The notes under the pieces are model-generated. The model saw nothing but the letters and a program-made list of their open reading frames with translations, did no database searches and was not told the origin of the DNA. A DNA stretch of 62,336 nucleotides, the filler included. It is 4 parts of 4 records of this genome, joined end to end, with 100 filler letters (N's around TTAATTAATTAA, not from the genome) between each part and the next. Parts side by side here need not be neighbours in the genome. Positions count along the whole stretch, not along the records: positions 1 to 20,694 come from SRR20825010_4322; 3 more parts are not named here. The stretch is one strand, 5' to 3'. This document shows, in pieces, positions 10,188 through 20,794 of the stretch. A program made the position numbers and the translations under genes. Within the stretch, counting starts at the first letter, position 1. Every line of letters begins with the position of its first letter.

Positions 10188-12161
10188 ATGAAAACTTTAA
10201 AACAGATATACATTCTAGCATTTTTTTGTGTAGGAATAAATTATGCACAAATAACAACTTTAGAGGTAGATGCATCACAATCTATTGCTAAAATACAACC
10301 CACAATGTACGGGATATTTTTTGAGGATATCAATTTTGCCGCAGATGGAGGGTTGTATGCTGAAATGATTAAAAATAGATCTTTTGAATTTGATGAGCCT
10401 TTAATGGGTTGGGAACAACCTAATAGCGATCGTCATTCTTATAATAACAATTCAGGAATTGCTACAATTATAAAATATTCTGGAGATCAAACCAATCACA
10501 ATTATTGTAGAATTACTGTAAAAGACGATCAAGGTTACAAAATCATCAATCAAGGTTTTAGAGGGATGGGGATACATGCCAAGGCTGTTTATAATCTGTC
10601 CTTTTTAGCTGCTAAAACATCGGGTAATATAAAGGAGCTTCACTTTAAGCTGGTCGGGAAAGATAAGAAGGAAATTGCTTCTACCTCGGTAGTAGTAGAT
10701 GCCAACGATTGGAAAAAATATGAAGCACAATTAACGGCAACTGCAACCGCAGAAAAAGCTACCCTTGAAATAACGTTTTCTGGAACTGGAGAAATTGATA
10801 TGGATATGATTTCTTTATTTCCTGAAGATACATGGAAACAAAGAAAAAATGGAATGCGTAAAGATTTGGTGCAATTGTTAGCAGATATGGATCCAGGGTT
10901 TTTACGTTTTCCAGGAGGTTGTATTGTAGAAGGAAGAACGTTAGCAAAACGCTATCAATGGAAAAAAACAGTAGGCCCTATTGAAGATCGTGAAATATTG
11001 GTCAATAGATGGAATACAGAGTTTGGACATCGTCCAACCCCCGATTATTATCAGAGTTTTGGAATTGGTTTTTTTGAATATTTCCAATTAGCAGAAGATA
11101 TGGGGGCAGAACCATTACCAATTTTGAGTTGCGGAATGGCATGCCAGTTCAATACTGGAGAATTAGTGCCAATGGAAGAACTTGATCCTTATGTGCAAGA
11201 TGCTTTAGATTTAATAGAGTTTGCTAATGGAGATGTTTCAACTCCTTGGGGAAAAGTACGTAGTGATATGGGGCATCCAGAGCCTTTCAATATGAAATAT
11301 ATTGGGGTTGGAAATGAACAATGGGGACCAGATTATATTGCGCGTTACAAGGTTTTTTCTGAAGCTATTAAAAAACAATATCCAGATATGATTATTGTTT
11401 CTGGAAGTGGTCCTTTTCCAGATGGCGATTATTTTGAATACGGAATGGAAGCGTTGAAAAAACTAAATGCAGAGATTATAGATGAGCATTATTACCGTAG
11501 TCCGCAATGGTTTAGAGATAATGCCGATAGGTATGATGATTACGATAGAAATGGTCCTAAAATTTTTGCTGGAGAATACGCTGCACAAAGTGTTGCAATT
11601 GCAAGCCCAAAAAACGAAAATAATTGGGAGTGTGCCATGTCTGAAGCAGCATTTATGACTGGATTAGAGCGTAATGCTGAGGTAGTTCAATTAACGTCTT
11701 ATGCACCCTTGATGGCGCATACAGAAGGTTGGCAATGGACTCCCGATTTAATTTGGTTTAACAATCTTACTTCTTATGGGACACCAAATTATTATGTGCA
11801 AAAATTATTTGCAACCAATCGAGGCACCGATCTTATGAAAGTTACTATTGATGGTAAAAAAATAATAGGACAGAAGAGTTTATATGCTTCTGTAGTAAAA
11901 GATACAGAAACCAACGAAATGATTGTTAAAGTGGTAAATACACTATCTGAAAAAAATACTATTAATTTTAAATGGAATGGGGTTTCTGTTGCTAATAATG
12001 CTACTCAAATTGTTCTTGTAAGTGAAGGGTTGAGTGATGTAAATTCCATCAGTAAACCTAAAAATATAATACCAAAATCTAAAGAAATTAAAATAGATGC
12101 TAAAGATGGAGTTCAATTAGCTCCTTATTCTGTAAATGTATTCAAATTGAAAATTAATTAA
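10188..12161 (+). CDS. Alpha-L-arabinofuranosidase, GH51, with N-terminal carbohydrate-binding-like domain
   Basis: MYGIFFEDINFAADGGLYAE, FLRFPGGCIVEG, IGVGNEQWG, DEHYY, FAGEYA, EAAFMTGLERN. Confidence 0.93.
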   Translation: MKTLKQIYILAFFCVGINYAQITTLEVDASQSIAKIQPTMYGIFFEDINFAADGGLYAEMIKNRSFEFDEPLMGWEQPNSDRHSYNNNSGIATIIKYSGDQTNHNYCRITVKDDQGYKIINQGFRGMGIHAKAVYNLSFLAAKTSGNIKELHFKLVGKDKKEIASTSVVVDANDWKKYEAQLTATATAEKATLEITFSGTGEIDMDMISLFPEDTWKQRKNGMRKDLVQLLADMDPGFLRFPGGCIVEGRTLAKRYQWKKTVGPIEDREILVNRWNTEFGHRPTPDYYQSFGIGFFEYFQLAEDMGAEPLPILSCGMACQFNTGELVPMEELDPYVQDALDLIEFANGDVSTPWGKVRSDMGHPEPFNMKYIGVGNEQWGPDYIARYKVFSEAIKKQYPDMIIVSGSGPFPDGDYFEYGMEALKKLNAEIIDEHYYRSPQWFRDNADRYDDYDRNGPKIFAGEYAAQSVAIASPKNENNWECAMSEAAFMTGLERNAEVVQLTSYAPLMAHTEGWQWTPDLIWFNNLTSYGTPNYYVQKLFATNRGTDLMKVTIDGKKIIGQKSLYASVVKDTETNEMIVKVVNTLSEKNTINFKWNGVSVANNATQIVLVSEGLSDVNSISKPKNIIPKSKEIKIDAKDGVQLAPYSVNVFKLKIN

Positions 12162-12165
12162 TTTA

Positions 12166-13845
12166 ATGAGCGATAATAAATCATACGTAATCGGGCTGGA
12201 TTACGGTACAGATTCTGTAAGAGCTGTATTGTTAAATGCAGCAAATGGGGAAGAAATAGCTACAGATGTTTCATATTATAAAAGATGGAAACAGAAATTA
12301 TATTGTAATGCTTCTAAAAATCAATTTCGTCAGCATCCATTAGATCATATTGAGGGATTAGAACAGACTATTAAAAAAGTTGTTGCTACAGCGGGGGTAA
12401 AACCAGCTGCTATTAAAGGAATTTGTATAGACACCACAGGCTCGTCTCCAATGCCGCTTTCTAAAGAGGGTACTCCACTTGCTTTATTACCAGAATTTAG
12501 TGAAAACCCAAATGCAATGATGGTTTTATGGAAAGACCATACCGCTATTGAGGAGGCCAATGAAATTAATAAGCTCTCTAGAAGTTGGGGAGGACAAGAT
12601 TTTACGCAGTTTGAGGGAGGAATTTATTCTTCTGAATGGTTTTGGGCTAAAATACTTCATATAGCCAGAGAAGATGAAGTTATTAAGAATGCTGCTTATA
12701 CATGGATGGAACATTGCGATTACATCACTTATTTATTAGGCGACGAAAAAGATTTAAATACATTTAAAAGAAGTCGTTGTGCTGCTGGTCATAAAGCAAT
12801 GTGGCATGAAAGCTGGGACGGACTCCCTTCCGAAGAATTTTTAGGGAAATTAAATCCGTATTTATCCAAACTAAGAAATCAACTTTATAAAGAAACATAT
12901 ACTTCTGATGAGGTTGCTGGAAATTTAAACTCTGAATGGGCAGAGAGATTGGGGTTAACTACAGAAACGGTAATTGCAGTTGGAACTTTTGATGCGCACG
13001 CTGGAGCAGTGGGAGCTAGAATAGAAGAGCATACGTTGGTTAGGGTAATGGGAACATCTACTTGTGATATTATTGTAGCCAATGAAAATGTAATTGGAAA
13101 AAAGGCTGTTAAAGGAATTTGTGGTCAAGTAAATGGTTCTGTAATTCCAGGAATGGTAGGTTTGGAAGCTGGTCAATCTGCATTTGGAGATTTATTAGCT
13201 TGGTTTAAAGATGTGCTTTCTTGGCCTTTTCATAATTTGGTTTATACCTCAGAAAGTTTAACCGAAGCTCAAAAAGATAATTTAAAGAAAGAGATTGAAG
13301 GGAATTTCATCAAACAATTAGCTGAAGCAGCCAAAAATATCCCGTTGGAAGAAAGTGTTCCTACAGCCTTAGATTGGATTAATGGTAGAAGAACTCCAGA
13401 TGCAAATCAGGAATTAAAAGCTGCCATGATGGACTTAAATTTAGGAACCAAAGCACCACATATTTTTAAGGCATTAGTAAACGCAATTTGTTTTGGTGCT
13501 AAAAAAATAGTAGATCGTTTTGAGAGCGAAGGGGTAAAAATTAATACTGTTATTGGTATTGGGGGAGTAGCAAGGAAATCTCCTTTTATTATGCAAACTC
13601 TTGCCAATGTATTAAATATGCCAATAAAAATAGCGTCCTCAGATCAAGCTCCAGCATTGGGAGCGGCTATTTATGCTGCTGTAGCCGCTGGAATTTATAA
13701 AGACGTAATAGAAGCTAGTAAACATTTAGGAAGCAATTTTGAAGCCGAATATCATCCGCAGGAAGATCAAGTAGCGGTTTATAAAACACTATTGGAGTCT
13801 TATTCAGGACTTTCAGTTTATATAGAAAACAACACATCCAAATAA
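12166..13845 (+). CDS. araB: L-ribulokinase
   Basis: IGLDYGTDSVRA, DTTGSSP, LWKDHTA, GGIYSSEWFWAK, RSRCAAGHKA, LDWINGRRTP. Confidence 0.95.
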   Translation: MSDNKSYVIGLDYGTDSVRAVLLNAANGEEIATDVSYYKRWKQKLYCNASKNQFRQHPLDHIEGLEQTIKKVVATAGVKPAAIKGICIDTTGSSPMPLSKEGTPLALLPEFSENPNAMMVLWKDHTAIEEANEINKLSRSWGGQDFTQFEGGIYSSEWFWAKILHIAREDEVIKNAAYTWMEHCDYITYLLGDEKDLNTFKRSRCAAGHKAMWHESWDGLPSEEFLGKLNPYLSKLRNQLYKETYTSDEVAGNLNSEWAERLGLTTETVIAVGTFDAHAGAVGARIEEHTLVRVMGTSTCDIIVANENVIGKKAVKGICGQVNGSVIPGMVGLEAGQSAFGDLLAWFKDVLSWPFHNLVYTSESLTEAQKDNLKKEIEGNFIKQLAEAAKNIPLEESVPTALDWINGRRTPDANQELKAAMMDLNLGTKAPHIFKALVNAICFGAKKIVDRFESEGVKINTVIGIGGVARKSPFIMQTLANVLNMPIKIASSDQAPALGAAIYAAVAAGIYKDVIEASKHLGSNFEAEYHPQEDQVAVYKTLLESYSGLSVYIENNTSK

Positions 13846-13859
13846 TACAATTAGTAATT

Positions 13860-14564
13860 ATGGAGTCAAAATATAAAGAATTAAAAAGAGAATGCTACGA
13901 GGCAAATATGGAGCTTAACGCATTGGATTTGGTAATTTATACCTTTGGAAATGTAAGTGCTGTTGATAGACAGAATAAGGTTTTTGCTATTAAACCAAGC
14001 GGGGTTCCTTATGAAAAATTAAAACCAGAGGATATAGTAATTGTCGATTTTGAAAACAATATTGTTGAAGGGGAAATGCGACCATCATCTGATACCAAAA
14101 CACATGCGTTCTTGTATAAAAATTGGGAAGATATTGGAGGTATAGCTCATACACATGCTACCTATTCTGTAGCTTGGGCGCAAGCGCAAAAAGATATTCC
14201 TATTTTTGGAACTACACATGCCGACCATTTGGTAGCCGATATTCCTTGTGCTCCTCCAATGAAAGATGAATTAATTGAAGGAAACTACGAACACAATACT
14301 GGAATTCAGATTTTAGATTGTTTTAAAGATAAAAAGATATCCCATCAAGAAGTACAGATGGTATTATTGGGTAATCATGGTCCGTTTACTTGGGGTAATT
14401 CAGCTTCAAAAGCAGTATATAATAGTAAAGTATTGGAAGAAGTAGCAAGAATGGCTTATTTAACACTTCAAATTAATCCAAATGCACCAAGATTAAAAGA
14501 TTCACTTATAAAAAAACATTACGAACGTAAGCATGGAAAAGATGCTTACTACGGACAGAAATAA
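13860..14564 (+). CDS. araD: L-ribulose-5-phosphate 4-epimerase
   Basis: TFGNVS, IKPSGV, PSSDTKTH, HTHATY, GTTHADH, NHGPFTWG, KHYERKHG. Confidence 0.95.
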   Translation: MESKYKELKRECYEANMELNALDLVIYTFGNVSAVDRQNKVFAIKPSGVPYEKLKPEDIVIVDFENNIVEGEMRPSSDTKTHAFLYKNWEDIGGIAHTHATYSVAWAQAQKDIPIFGTTHADHLVADIPCAPPMKDELIEGNYEHNTGIQILDCFKDKKISHQEVQMVLLGNHGPFTWGNSASKAVYNSKVLEEVARMAYLTLQINPNAPRLKDSLIKKHYERKHGKDAYYGQK

Positions 14565-14580
14565 TAAAAAACTATAATTA

Positions 14581-16086
14581 ATGATTTCAACGGAAAAAGA
14601 AATTTGGTTTGTAACGGGGAGCCAACACTTATACGGTCCCGAAACTCTAAAACAGGTAGCACAAAATGCAAATACCATTGCAAATGGATTGGATGCTTCT
14701 TCAAAAATTGATGTAAAAATAGTAAGTAAGAATATCGTTACAACTCCCGATGAGATAACAGCTATTTGTATTGAAGCAAATACCACAAAAAATTGTATCG
14801 GAATTATTACTTGGATGCATACATTTTCTCCAGCTAAAATGTGGATTGCAGGACTTAATATTCTTAAAAAACCATTATGTCATTTTCATACGCAGTTTAA
14901 TGCAGAGATTCCATGGAATGATATAGATATGGATTTTATGAATTTAAATCAATCGGCGCATGGCGACCGTGAATTTGGATTTATGATGTCTAGAATGCGT
15001 CAGAAAAGAAAAGTAATTGTAGGACATTGGAAATCGGAAAATGTACAAAAACAATTAGGTGTTTGGACGCGTGTAGCTTTAGGTTGGGACGAATTACAAC
15101 ATATGAAAGTTGCCAGAATTGGCGACAATATGCGCCAAGTTGCAGTTACTGAGGGAGATAAAGTACAGGCTCAAATGCGTTTTGGACTGGAAGTAAATGG
15201 CTATGATTCTTCGGATGTAGTAAAGCATATTGATGCTGTTACAGATAAGCAATTACAGAATTTACTTGCGGTTTATGAAACGTCTTATAATTTAACAGCA
15301 TCTCTTAAAGAAGGAGGCGCAAAAAGACAATCGTTAATAGATGCTGCTAAAATTGAATTAGGACTTCGTGCTTTTTTAGATGAAGGTGGGTTTAAAGCTT
15401 TTACCGATACTTTTGAAAACTTAGGAGCTTTAAAACAGTTGCCAGGAATTGCAGTACAGCGTTTAATGGCAGATGGTTATGGTTTTGGTGGAGAAGGCGA
15501 TTGGAAAACGGCAGCTATGTTGAGAACCATGAAGGTAATGGCGCAAGGTTTGGAAGGAGGAACTTCGTTTATGGAAGATTATACCTATCATTTTACTCCT
15601 GAAAAATCGTATGTATTAGGCTCGCATATGCTAGAAATATGTTCTTCTATTGCCGATGGAAAACCTTCTTGTGAAGTACATCCTTTAGGAATTGGAGGGA
15701 AAGAAGACCCTGTTCGATTGGTTTTTAATTCGCCTGCTGGTCCTGCAATTAATGCTTCTTTAATAGATATGGGGAATCGTTTTAGATTAATTGTTAATGA
15801 AGTAGAAGCTGTGGAACCAATGGCAGATTTACCTAAATTGCCAGTTGCAAGAGTACTTTGGGATTGTAAACCAAGTCTTGAAGAAGCTACTACCGCTTGG
15901 ATTCTAGCTGGTGGAGCTCATCATACGGTATACTCCCAAGCACTTACTACTGCATATATGGAAGATTTTGCAGATATTGCAGGAATTGAATTATTAGTAA
16001 TTGATGATAAAACAAGTATTCGTGAATTTAAGAATACTCTCAATGCAAATGAATCGTATTATCATTTATTTCAACATAGAATGTAA
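14581..16086 (+). CDS. araA: L-arabinose isomerase
   Basis: [65 protein letters not shown]. Confidence 0.97.
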   Translation: MISTEKEIWFVTGSQHLYGPETLKQVAQNANTIANGLDASSKIDVKIVSKNIVTTPDEITAICIEANTTKNCIGIITWMHTFSPAKMWIAGLNILKKPLCHFHTQFNAEIPWNDIDMDFMNLNQSAHGDREFGFMMSRMRQKRKVIVGHWKSENVQKQLGVWTRVALGWDELQHMKVARIGDNMRQVAVTEGDKVQAQMRFGLEVNGYDSSDVVKHIDAVTDKQLQNLLAVYETSYNLTASLKEGGAKRQSLIDAAKIELGLRAFLDEGGFKAFTDTFENLGALKQLPGIAVQRLMADGYGFGGEGDWKTAAMLRTMKVMAQGLEGGTSFMEDYTYHFTPEKSYVLGSHMLEICSSIADGKPSCEVHPLGIGGKEDPVRLVFNSPAGPAINASLIDMGNRFRLIVNEVEAVEPMADLPKLPVARVLWDCKPSLEEATTAWILAGGAHHTVYSQALTTAYMEDFADIAGIELLVIDDKTSIREFKNTLNANESYYHLFQHRM

Positions 16087-16150
16087 CCTTCTAAACCTAA
16101 ATAGATTATGAAATGCCCATTAACAACTTTATCAAACACATAGATATGAT

Positions 16151-16169
16151 GATTGTGGGTATTACATCT
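16151..16169. promoter_or_regulatory. Weaker candidate AraR operator upstream of the mutarotase
   Basis: Reverse strand reads AGATGT-AATACCC-ACAATC, a TGT-N7-ACA core in an intergenic gap; flanks are less conserved than sites 1 and 2. Confidence 0.4.
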
Positions 16170-16198
16170 GACCTTTTTAAAATAATAAATATTAACAG

Positions 16199-17392
16199 AT
16201 GAATTCATTTAAACAAAACTTAAAGTATATTTCACTGGTGTGTCTTGCTGTTGTTTTTACTCAATGTAAAACAAAATCGGAAAAAGCAACTGCTAATTCA
16301 GAGCAAAGTGAGATACAAGAAAACACCGAAGCTCTCCATATTTCAACCTCAGAATTTGGAAAACTTCCTTCCGGAGAAAAAATTACAAAATACCAGCTTA
16401 CAAACAAGCATGGTATGGAGGTAGCTATTATTAATTACGGAGGGGTTATTACCAACTTAAAAGTTCCAGATAAAAATGGAGCTATTGAAGATGTAGTTTT
16501 AGGATTTGATTCTTTAGAAGATTATTTAATTCCGCCACCATATTTTGGAGCCATTATTGGACGTTATGGCAATAGAATTGCTGGGGGTAAATTCGCAATC
16601 GATGGAGAAGAATATACCTTAGCTCAAAATGATGGAAAAAACCATTTACATGGAGGAAATAAAGGTTTTGATAAAGTTGTTTGGGAAGTAAAGCCAATAC
16701 AAGAAAAGGATTATTTAGCACTACAACTTTCTTATACAAGTAAGGATATGGAAGAAGGGTATCCAGGAAATTTAAAAACTATTGTTACTTATACATTAGA
16801 CAACACAAATACATTAAAGGTTGCGTATGAAGCTACAACCGACAAGAAAACGGTGGTAAATCTTACTCAACATTCGTATTTTAATTTATCGGGAGATTTT
16901 TCTAAAACTATTTTAGATCATCAGATTATGATTAATGCTGATGCTTTTCTGCCTGTAGATTCGTCTTTAATTCCAACAGGAGAATTTAAAGATGTTGCTG
17001 GAACTCCATTCGATTTTAGGTCTCCTAAAGTTATAGGAAAAGAAATCAATACCGAAAACGAACAGTTAGAGCGTGGCTTGGGTTACGATCATTGTTGGGT
17101 TTTAAATAACCAAAATAACGGTCAGCAATTAGCAGCTACGGCTTATGATCCTGAGAGTGGGAGAATTATGGAAGTTTTTACCGATGAACCTGGAATTCAA
17201 TTTTACACTGGTAACTTTTTGGATGGTACATTGCCTGCTAAAGGGGGAGGAACATATGCTAAGCGAACAGGTTTTTGTTTAGAGACTCAGCATTATCCAG
17301 ATTCTCCTAATCAAAAAGAATTTCCTTCGGTGGAATTAAAACCTGGAGAGACTTATAAAACAGAAACATCTTTTAAATTTTCAACTAAATAA
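16199..17392 (+). CDS. galM: Aldose 1-epimerase (mutarotase), predicted lipoprotein
   Basis: GRYGNRIA, NHLHGG, EEGYPGNL, NLTQHSYFNL, GYDHCW, QFYTGNFL, CLETQHYPDSPN; N-terminal hydrophobic stretch ending in FTQC. Confidence 0.92.
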   Translation: MNSFKQNLKYISLVCLAVVFTQCKTKSEKATANSEQSEIQENTEALHISTSEFGKLPSGEKITKYQLTNKHGMEVAIINYGGVITNLKVPDKNGAIEDVVLGFDSLEDYLIPPPYFGAIIGRYGNRIAGGKFAIDGEEYTLAQNDGKNHLHGGNKGFDKVVWEVKPIQEKDYLALQLSYTSKDMEEGYPGNLKTIVTYTLDNTNTLKVAYEATTDKKTVVNLTQHSYFNLSGDFSKTILDHQIMINADAFLPVDSSLIPTGEFKDVAGTPFDFRSPKVIGKEINTENEQLERGLGYDHCWVLNNQNNGQQLAATAYDPESGRIMEVFTDEPGIQFYTGNFLDGTLPAKGGGTYAKRTGFCLETQHYPDSPNQKEFPSVELKPGETYKTETSFKFSTK

Positions 17393-17394
17393 TC

Positions 17395-19014
17395 ATGCAA
17401 TTACTAGATACTTTTGATTGGATCACGATTTCAATTTATTTTGCTGTTCTTATAGGAATAGCGGTTTGGGTAATCAAAAAGAAAAACTCAAATACAGAAG
17501 ATTATTTTCTTGCTGGTCGTAATGTGGGCTGGTTTGTAGTGGGAGCTTCCATTTTTGCTTCCAATATTGGTTCAGAACATGTGGTAGGACTTGCTGGTGC
17601 TGGTGCTGGAAATAAATTGCCTATGCTTATTTATGAAATTCAAGCTTGGGTAGTCCTTATTCTAGGATGGGTGTTTTTACCCTTTTACGCACGTAGTGGG
17701 GTATTTACAATGCCAGAATTTTTAGAAAAAAGATTTGATGCTCGATCACGTTGGGTGCTTTCCGTTTTCTCAATTATTGCATATGTCCTTACTAAAATTT
17801 CTGTAACCATATATGCTGGAGGGGTTGTAGTAGCGGCTTTATTAGGAATCGATTTTTGGACAGGTGCTTTAGGAACCGTAATACTTACAGGTATTTATAC
17901 CGTTTTAGGAGGAATGAGAGCAGTTGTTTATACAGAAACACTACAAGCTATTATCTTAGTTATTGGAGCAGCAGCACTTACTTTTATTGGTCTAGATAAA
18001 GTTGGCGGATGGGAGAGTATGGCAGATACAGTAGGACCAGAATATTTAAATATGTGGCGACCAATGAACGACCCAAACTTCCCGTGGTTGCCATTGCTTA
18101 TTGCTAGTACCATTACTGGGATATGGTATTGGTGTACCGATCAATACATTGTTCAGCGTACCCTAACTGCTAAAAATATAAAAGAAGGACGAAGAGGAAC
18201 TATTTTTGGTGCGTTACTAAAACTTTTACCTGTATTCTTGTTTTTAGTACCTGGAATTATAGCACTTACCCTAAAAATGAGAGGAGAATTAAATTGGGAT
18301 AGCCCAGATGAGGCCTTTCCTGTTTTAATGAGTAATTTACTTCCTTCTGGATTGCGTGGTTTGGTAGCTGCTGGGTTATTAGCAGCTCTTATGAGTTCTT
18401 TGGCGTCGGTATTTAATTCGTGTTCTACACTTTTTACAGTTGATATTTATAAGAAGTTGAGACCAAATACTCCTGAAAAGAAATTAGTTAGAACAGGACA
18501 GTTTGCTACAGGGATTATAGTAATTATTGGTATTATTTGGATTCCTATTATGGCAAATATCTCTGGAGTATTATATGAGTATTTGCAAAGTGTTCAATCT
18601 TATATAGCACCTCCTATTACAGCAGTGTTCTTATTGGGAATATTCTCAAAAAGAATCAATGCAACAGGGGCATTTATAACTTTGGTAACAGGATTAATTG
18701 TAGCTGCACTTAGAATAGTATTAGAACTTATTAAGGAGTCTCTTAATCCAGATGGTGTGTTGTATTATATAGGACACATGAACTTCCTATATTTTGCATC
18801 TTGGTTCTTCCTTTTCTGTGTAATATTGATTGTGGTAGTAAGTTTCCTTTCGCCTGCACCATCAAAAGAAAAGGTAGAAAATCTTACCTATCAAACTATT
18901 ACTGAAGAAGAAAAACGTAACAATAAAGTAAGTTATTCATGGATAGATATTTTAGTATCTATACTAATTATAGTTATTGTTATAGGGGTTATGATGTTTT
19001 TTAACGGAGCATAG
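17395..19014 (+). CDS. Sodium:solute symporter (SSS/SGLT family), probable arabinose transporter
   Basis: EDYFLAGR, SIFASNIGSEHVVGLAG, FTMPEFLEKRF, WYWCTDQYIVQR, LAALMSSLASVFNS. Confidence 0.92.
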   Translation: MQLLDTFDWITISIYFAVLIGIAVWVIKKKNSNTEDYFLAGRNVGWFVVGASIFASNIGSEHVVGLAGAGAGNKLPMLIYEIQAWVVLILGWVFLPFYARSGVFTMPEFLEKRFDARSRWVLSVFSIIAYVLTKISVTIYAGGVVVAALLGIDFWTGALGTVILTGIYTVLGGMRAVVYTETLQAIILVIGAAALTFIGLDKVGGWESMADTVGPEYLNMWRPMNDPNFPWLPLLIASTITGIWYWCTDQYIVQRTLTAKNIKEGRRGTIFGALLKLLPVFLFLVPGIIALTLKMRGELNWDSPDEAFPVLMSNLLPSGLRGLVAAGLLAALMSSLASVFNSCSTLFTVDIYKKLRPNTPEKKLVRTGQFATGIIVIIGIIWIPIMANISGVLYEYLQSVQSYIAPPITAVFLLGIFSKRINATGAFITLVTGLIVAALRIVLELIKESLNPDGVLYYIGHMNFLYFASWFFLFCVILIVVVSFLSPAPSKEKVENLTYQTITEEEKRNNKVSYSWIDILVSILIIVIVIGVMMFFNGA

Positions 19015-19090
19015 AGGTTAGAATATAAAAATAGAACTTGTTTTGGTAGAATCGTACTAAGCTTTCAATTTTTTTGCACGAGTTTATACA

Positions 19091-19135
19091 ATATGCATTC
19101 ATACTTAAGTAATTAGTATGAATGCATATATTTTT
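19091..19135 (+). terminator. Intrinsic terminator after the arabinose operon
   Basis: Perfect 15-bp inverted repeat ATATGCATTCATACT / AGTATGAATGCATAT with a 9-nt loop, followed by ATTTTT. Confidence 0.65.
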
Positions 19136-19638
19136 AGGGAGTTACCTTAAAATTTTGGATTGAACAGTCAAATGTTTATCTATTGCCTGAAGCCTTTAAC
19201 TAAGCTGCACTATTGTTTAAGTGTTTTAGAGATAGTTTTATGTAAAAAGTAAGTGTGTTTAGATTAAAAGAAGCTGTGTTAGGGTTAAAAATAGATGTTT
19301 TTAATCCCAATCAATAAAATTTAAATCTATTTCCCTTAAACTTTAATTAAAATCCCCAAAATTTTAATCTAACTAATTATAATTTTCATTCTATCGTTTA
19401 AAAATAGCATCTTTCTAATAAATAACATCATTATAACACTCAAACAGGTCATCTTTTTACCTAAATGGAGGTTGTGTTTTATAGAGGGTAAGGTTTTAAG
19501 GTACAACCAACTTAGTTGAGTTAATAGAAATACTATTAGAATTAGGATTGCTTATAATGTGCAAAGTGTTAAATTAAATTTATTTATATTAGAAGTCTTA
19601 ATGAAAAATATTACCTAGTAATAATTTACTTATAGATA

Positions 19639-20667
19639 ATGAAGAAAAAACGTATTTCAATTAAAGATATTGCTGCTCATTTAAATATTTCTGTTACCAC
19701 AGTTTCCTTTGTTTTAAATGGAAAAGCAGAAGAAAAGCATATATCAAAGGCATTAACTGAAAAGGTTTTAAAATATGTACAAGAAGTAAATTATACTCCC
19801 AATCAAATAGCTCAAAGTTTAAGGACTGGACAGTCTAAAATTTTGGTGTTTATGGTAGAAGATATTTCTAACCTATTCTTTGCTCAACTTGCTAGATTGA
19901 TTGAAGATTTAGCCTATAAAAAAGGATATAAAGTTCTTTTTTGTAGTAATGATAATGATGATAAAAAATCTATAGAATTAATAAATCTCTTTAAAGATAG
20001 GCAAGTAGATGGGTTTATAATTGTACCCTCTCCTAATTTAGATAAAACGATTGCTCATTTATTAGATGAGAATATCCCTGTGGTGCTTTTTGATAGATAT
20101 TTTGCGTCCTTAGAAGCCAATTATGTAATTACAAATAATAAAGCTGCAACAGAGAATGCTGTAATTCATTTATTTGAAAATGGATTTAGGAACATTGCTT
20201 ATATTACTATTGATGCAATACAATCTCAGATGGCAGATAGATTAGAAGGTTATGAAGCGGTTGTAGAAAAATATAATATTCCTAATTATACGCTTCAAAT
20301 TCCTTTTGAAGAAACCACTCAAGGAAATAGTGAGAGGTATATTAAGGATTTCATGGAAGAAAATCCATCAATAGATTCAATTCTTTTTGCAACCAACTAC
20401 CTAACGCAATCAGGGTTAAAAGTTATTAAGCAAGAGTATCCAGATTTAATAAATAGCATTGGAATCATCACTTTTGACGATAATGAACTATTTAAAACTT
20501 ATAGCCCCACTATTACCGCAGTTTCTCAACCAACCCAAGAAATGGCCACTATGGCAATGTCTTTAATTTTGGATCTTATAAAAAAGAAAGATAGTTCTAA
20601 AAGTAAGCAAACAATTACCTTGGAATCTTCATTAATAGTTAGAGAATCTTCTAAAAAAAGAAACTAA
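19639..20667 (+). CDS. LacI-family transcriptional regulator
   Basis: ISIKDIAAHLNISVTTVSFVLNG HTH, YTPNQIAQSLR, PVVLFDR, PTITAVSQP. Confidence 0.95.
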   Translation: MKKKRISIKDIAAHLNISVTTVSFVLNGKAEEKHISKALTEKVLKYVQEVNYTPNQIAQSLRTGQSKILVFMVEDISNLFFAQLARLIEDLAYKKGYKVLFCSNDNDDKKSIELINLFKDRQVDGFIIVPSPNLDKTIAHLLDENIPVVLFDRYFASLEANYVITNNKAATENAVIHLFENGFRNIAYITIDAIQSQMADRLEGYEAVVEKYNIPNYTLQIPFEETTQGNSERYIKDFMEENPSIDSILFATNYLTQSGLKVIKQEYPDLINSIGIITFDDNELFKTYSPTITAVSQPTQEMATMAMSLILDLIKKKDSSKSKQTITLESSLIVRESSKKRN

Positions 20668-20668
20668 T

Positions 20669-20689
20669 CCCTCATTGAGGGTTTTATTT
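20669..20689 (+). terminator. Possible short terminator after lacI
   Basis: CCCTC-ATT-GAGGG followed by TTTTATTT. Confidence 0.4.
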
Positions 20690-20694
20690 CCCAG

Positions 20695-20794
20695 NNNNNN
20701 NNNNNNNNNNNNNNNNNNNNNNNNNNNNNNNNNNNNNNTTAATTAATTAANNNNNNNNNNNNNNNNNNNNNNNNNNNNNNNNNNNNNNNNNNNN
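20695..20794. other. Artificial contig-join spacer
   Basis: 44 N + TTAATTAATTAA (stop codons in all six frames) + 44 N; abrupt GC shift across it. Confidence 0.97.
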
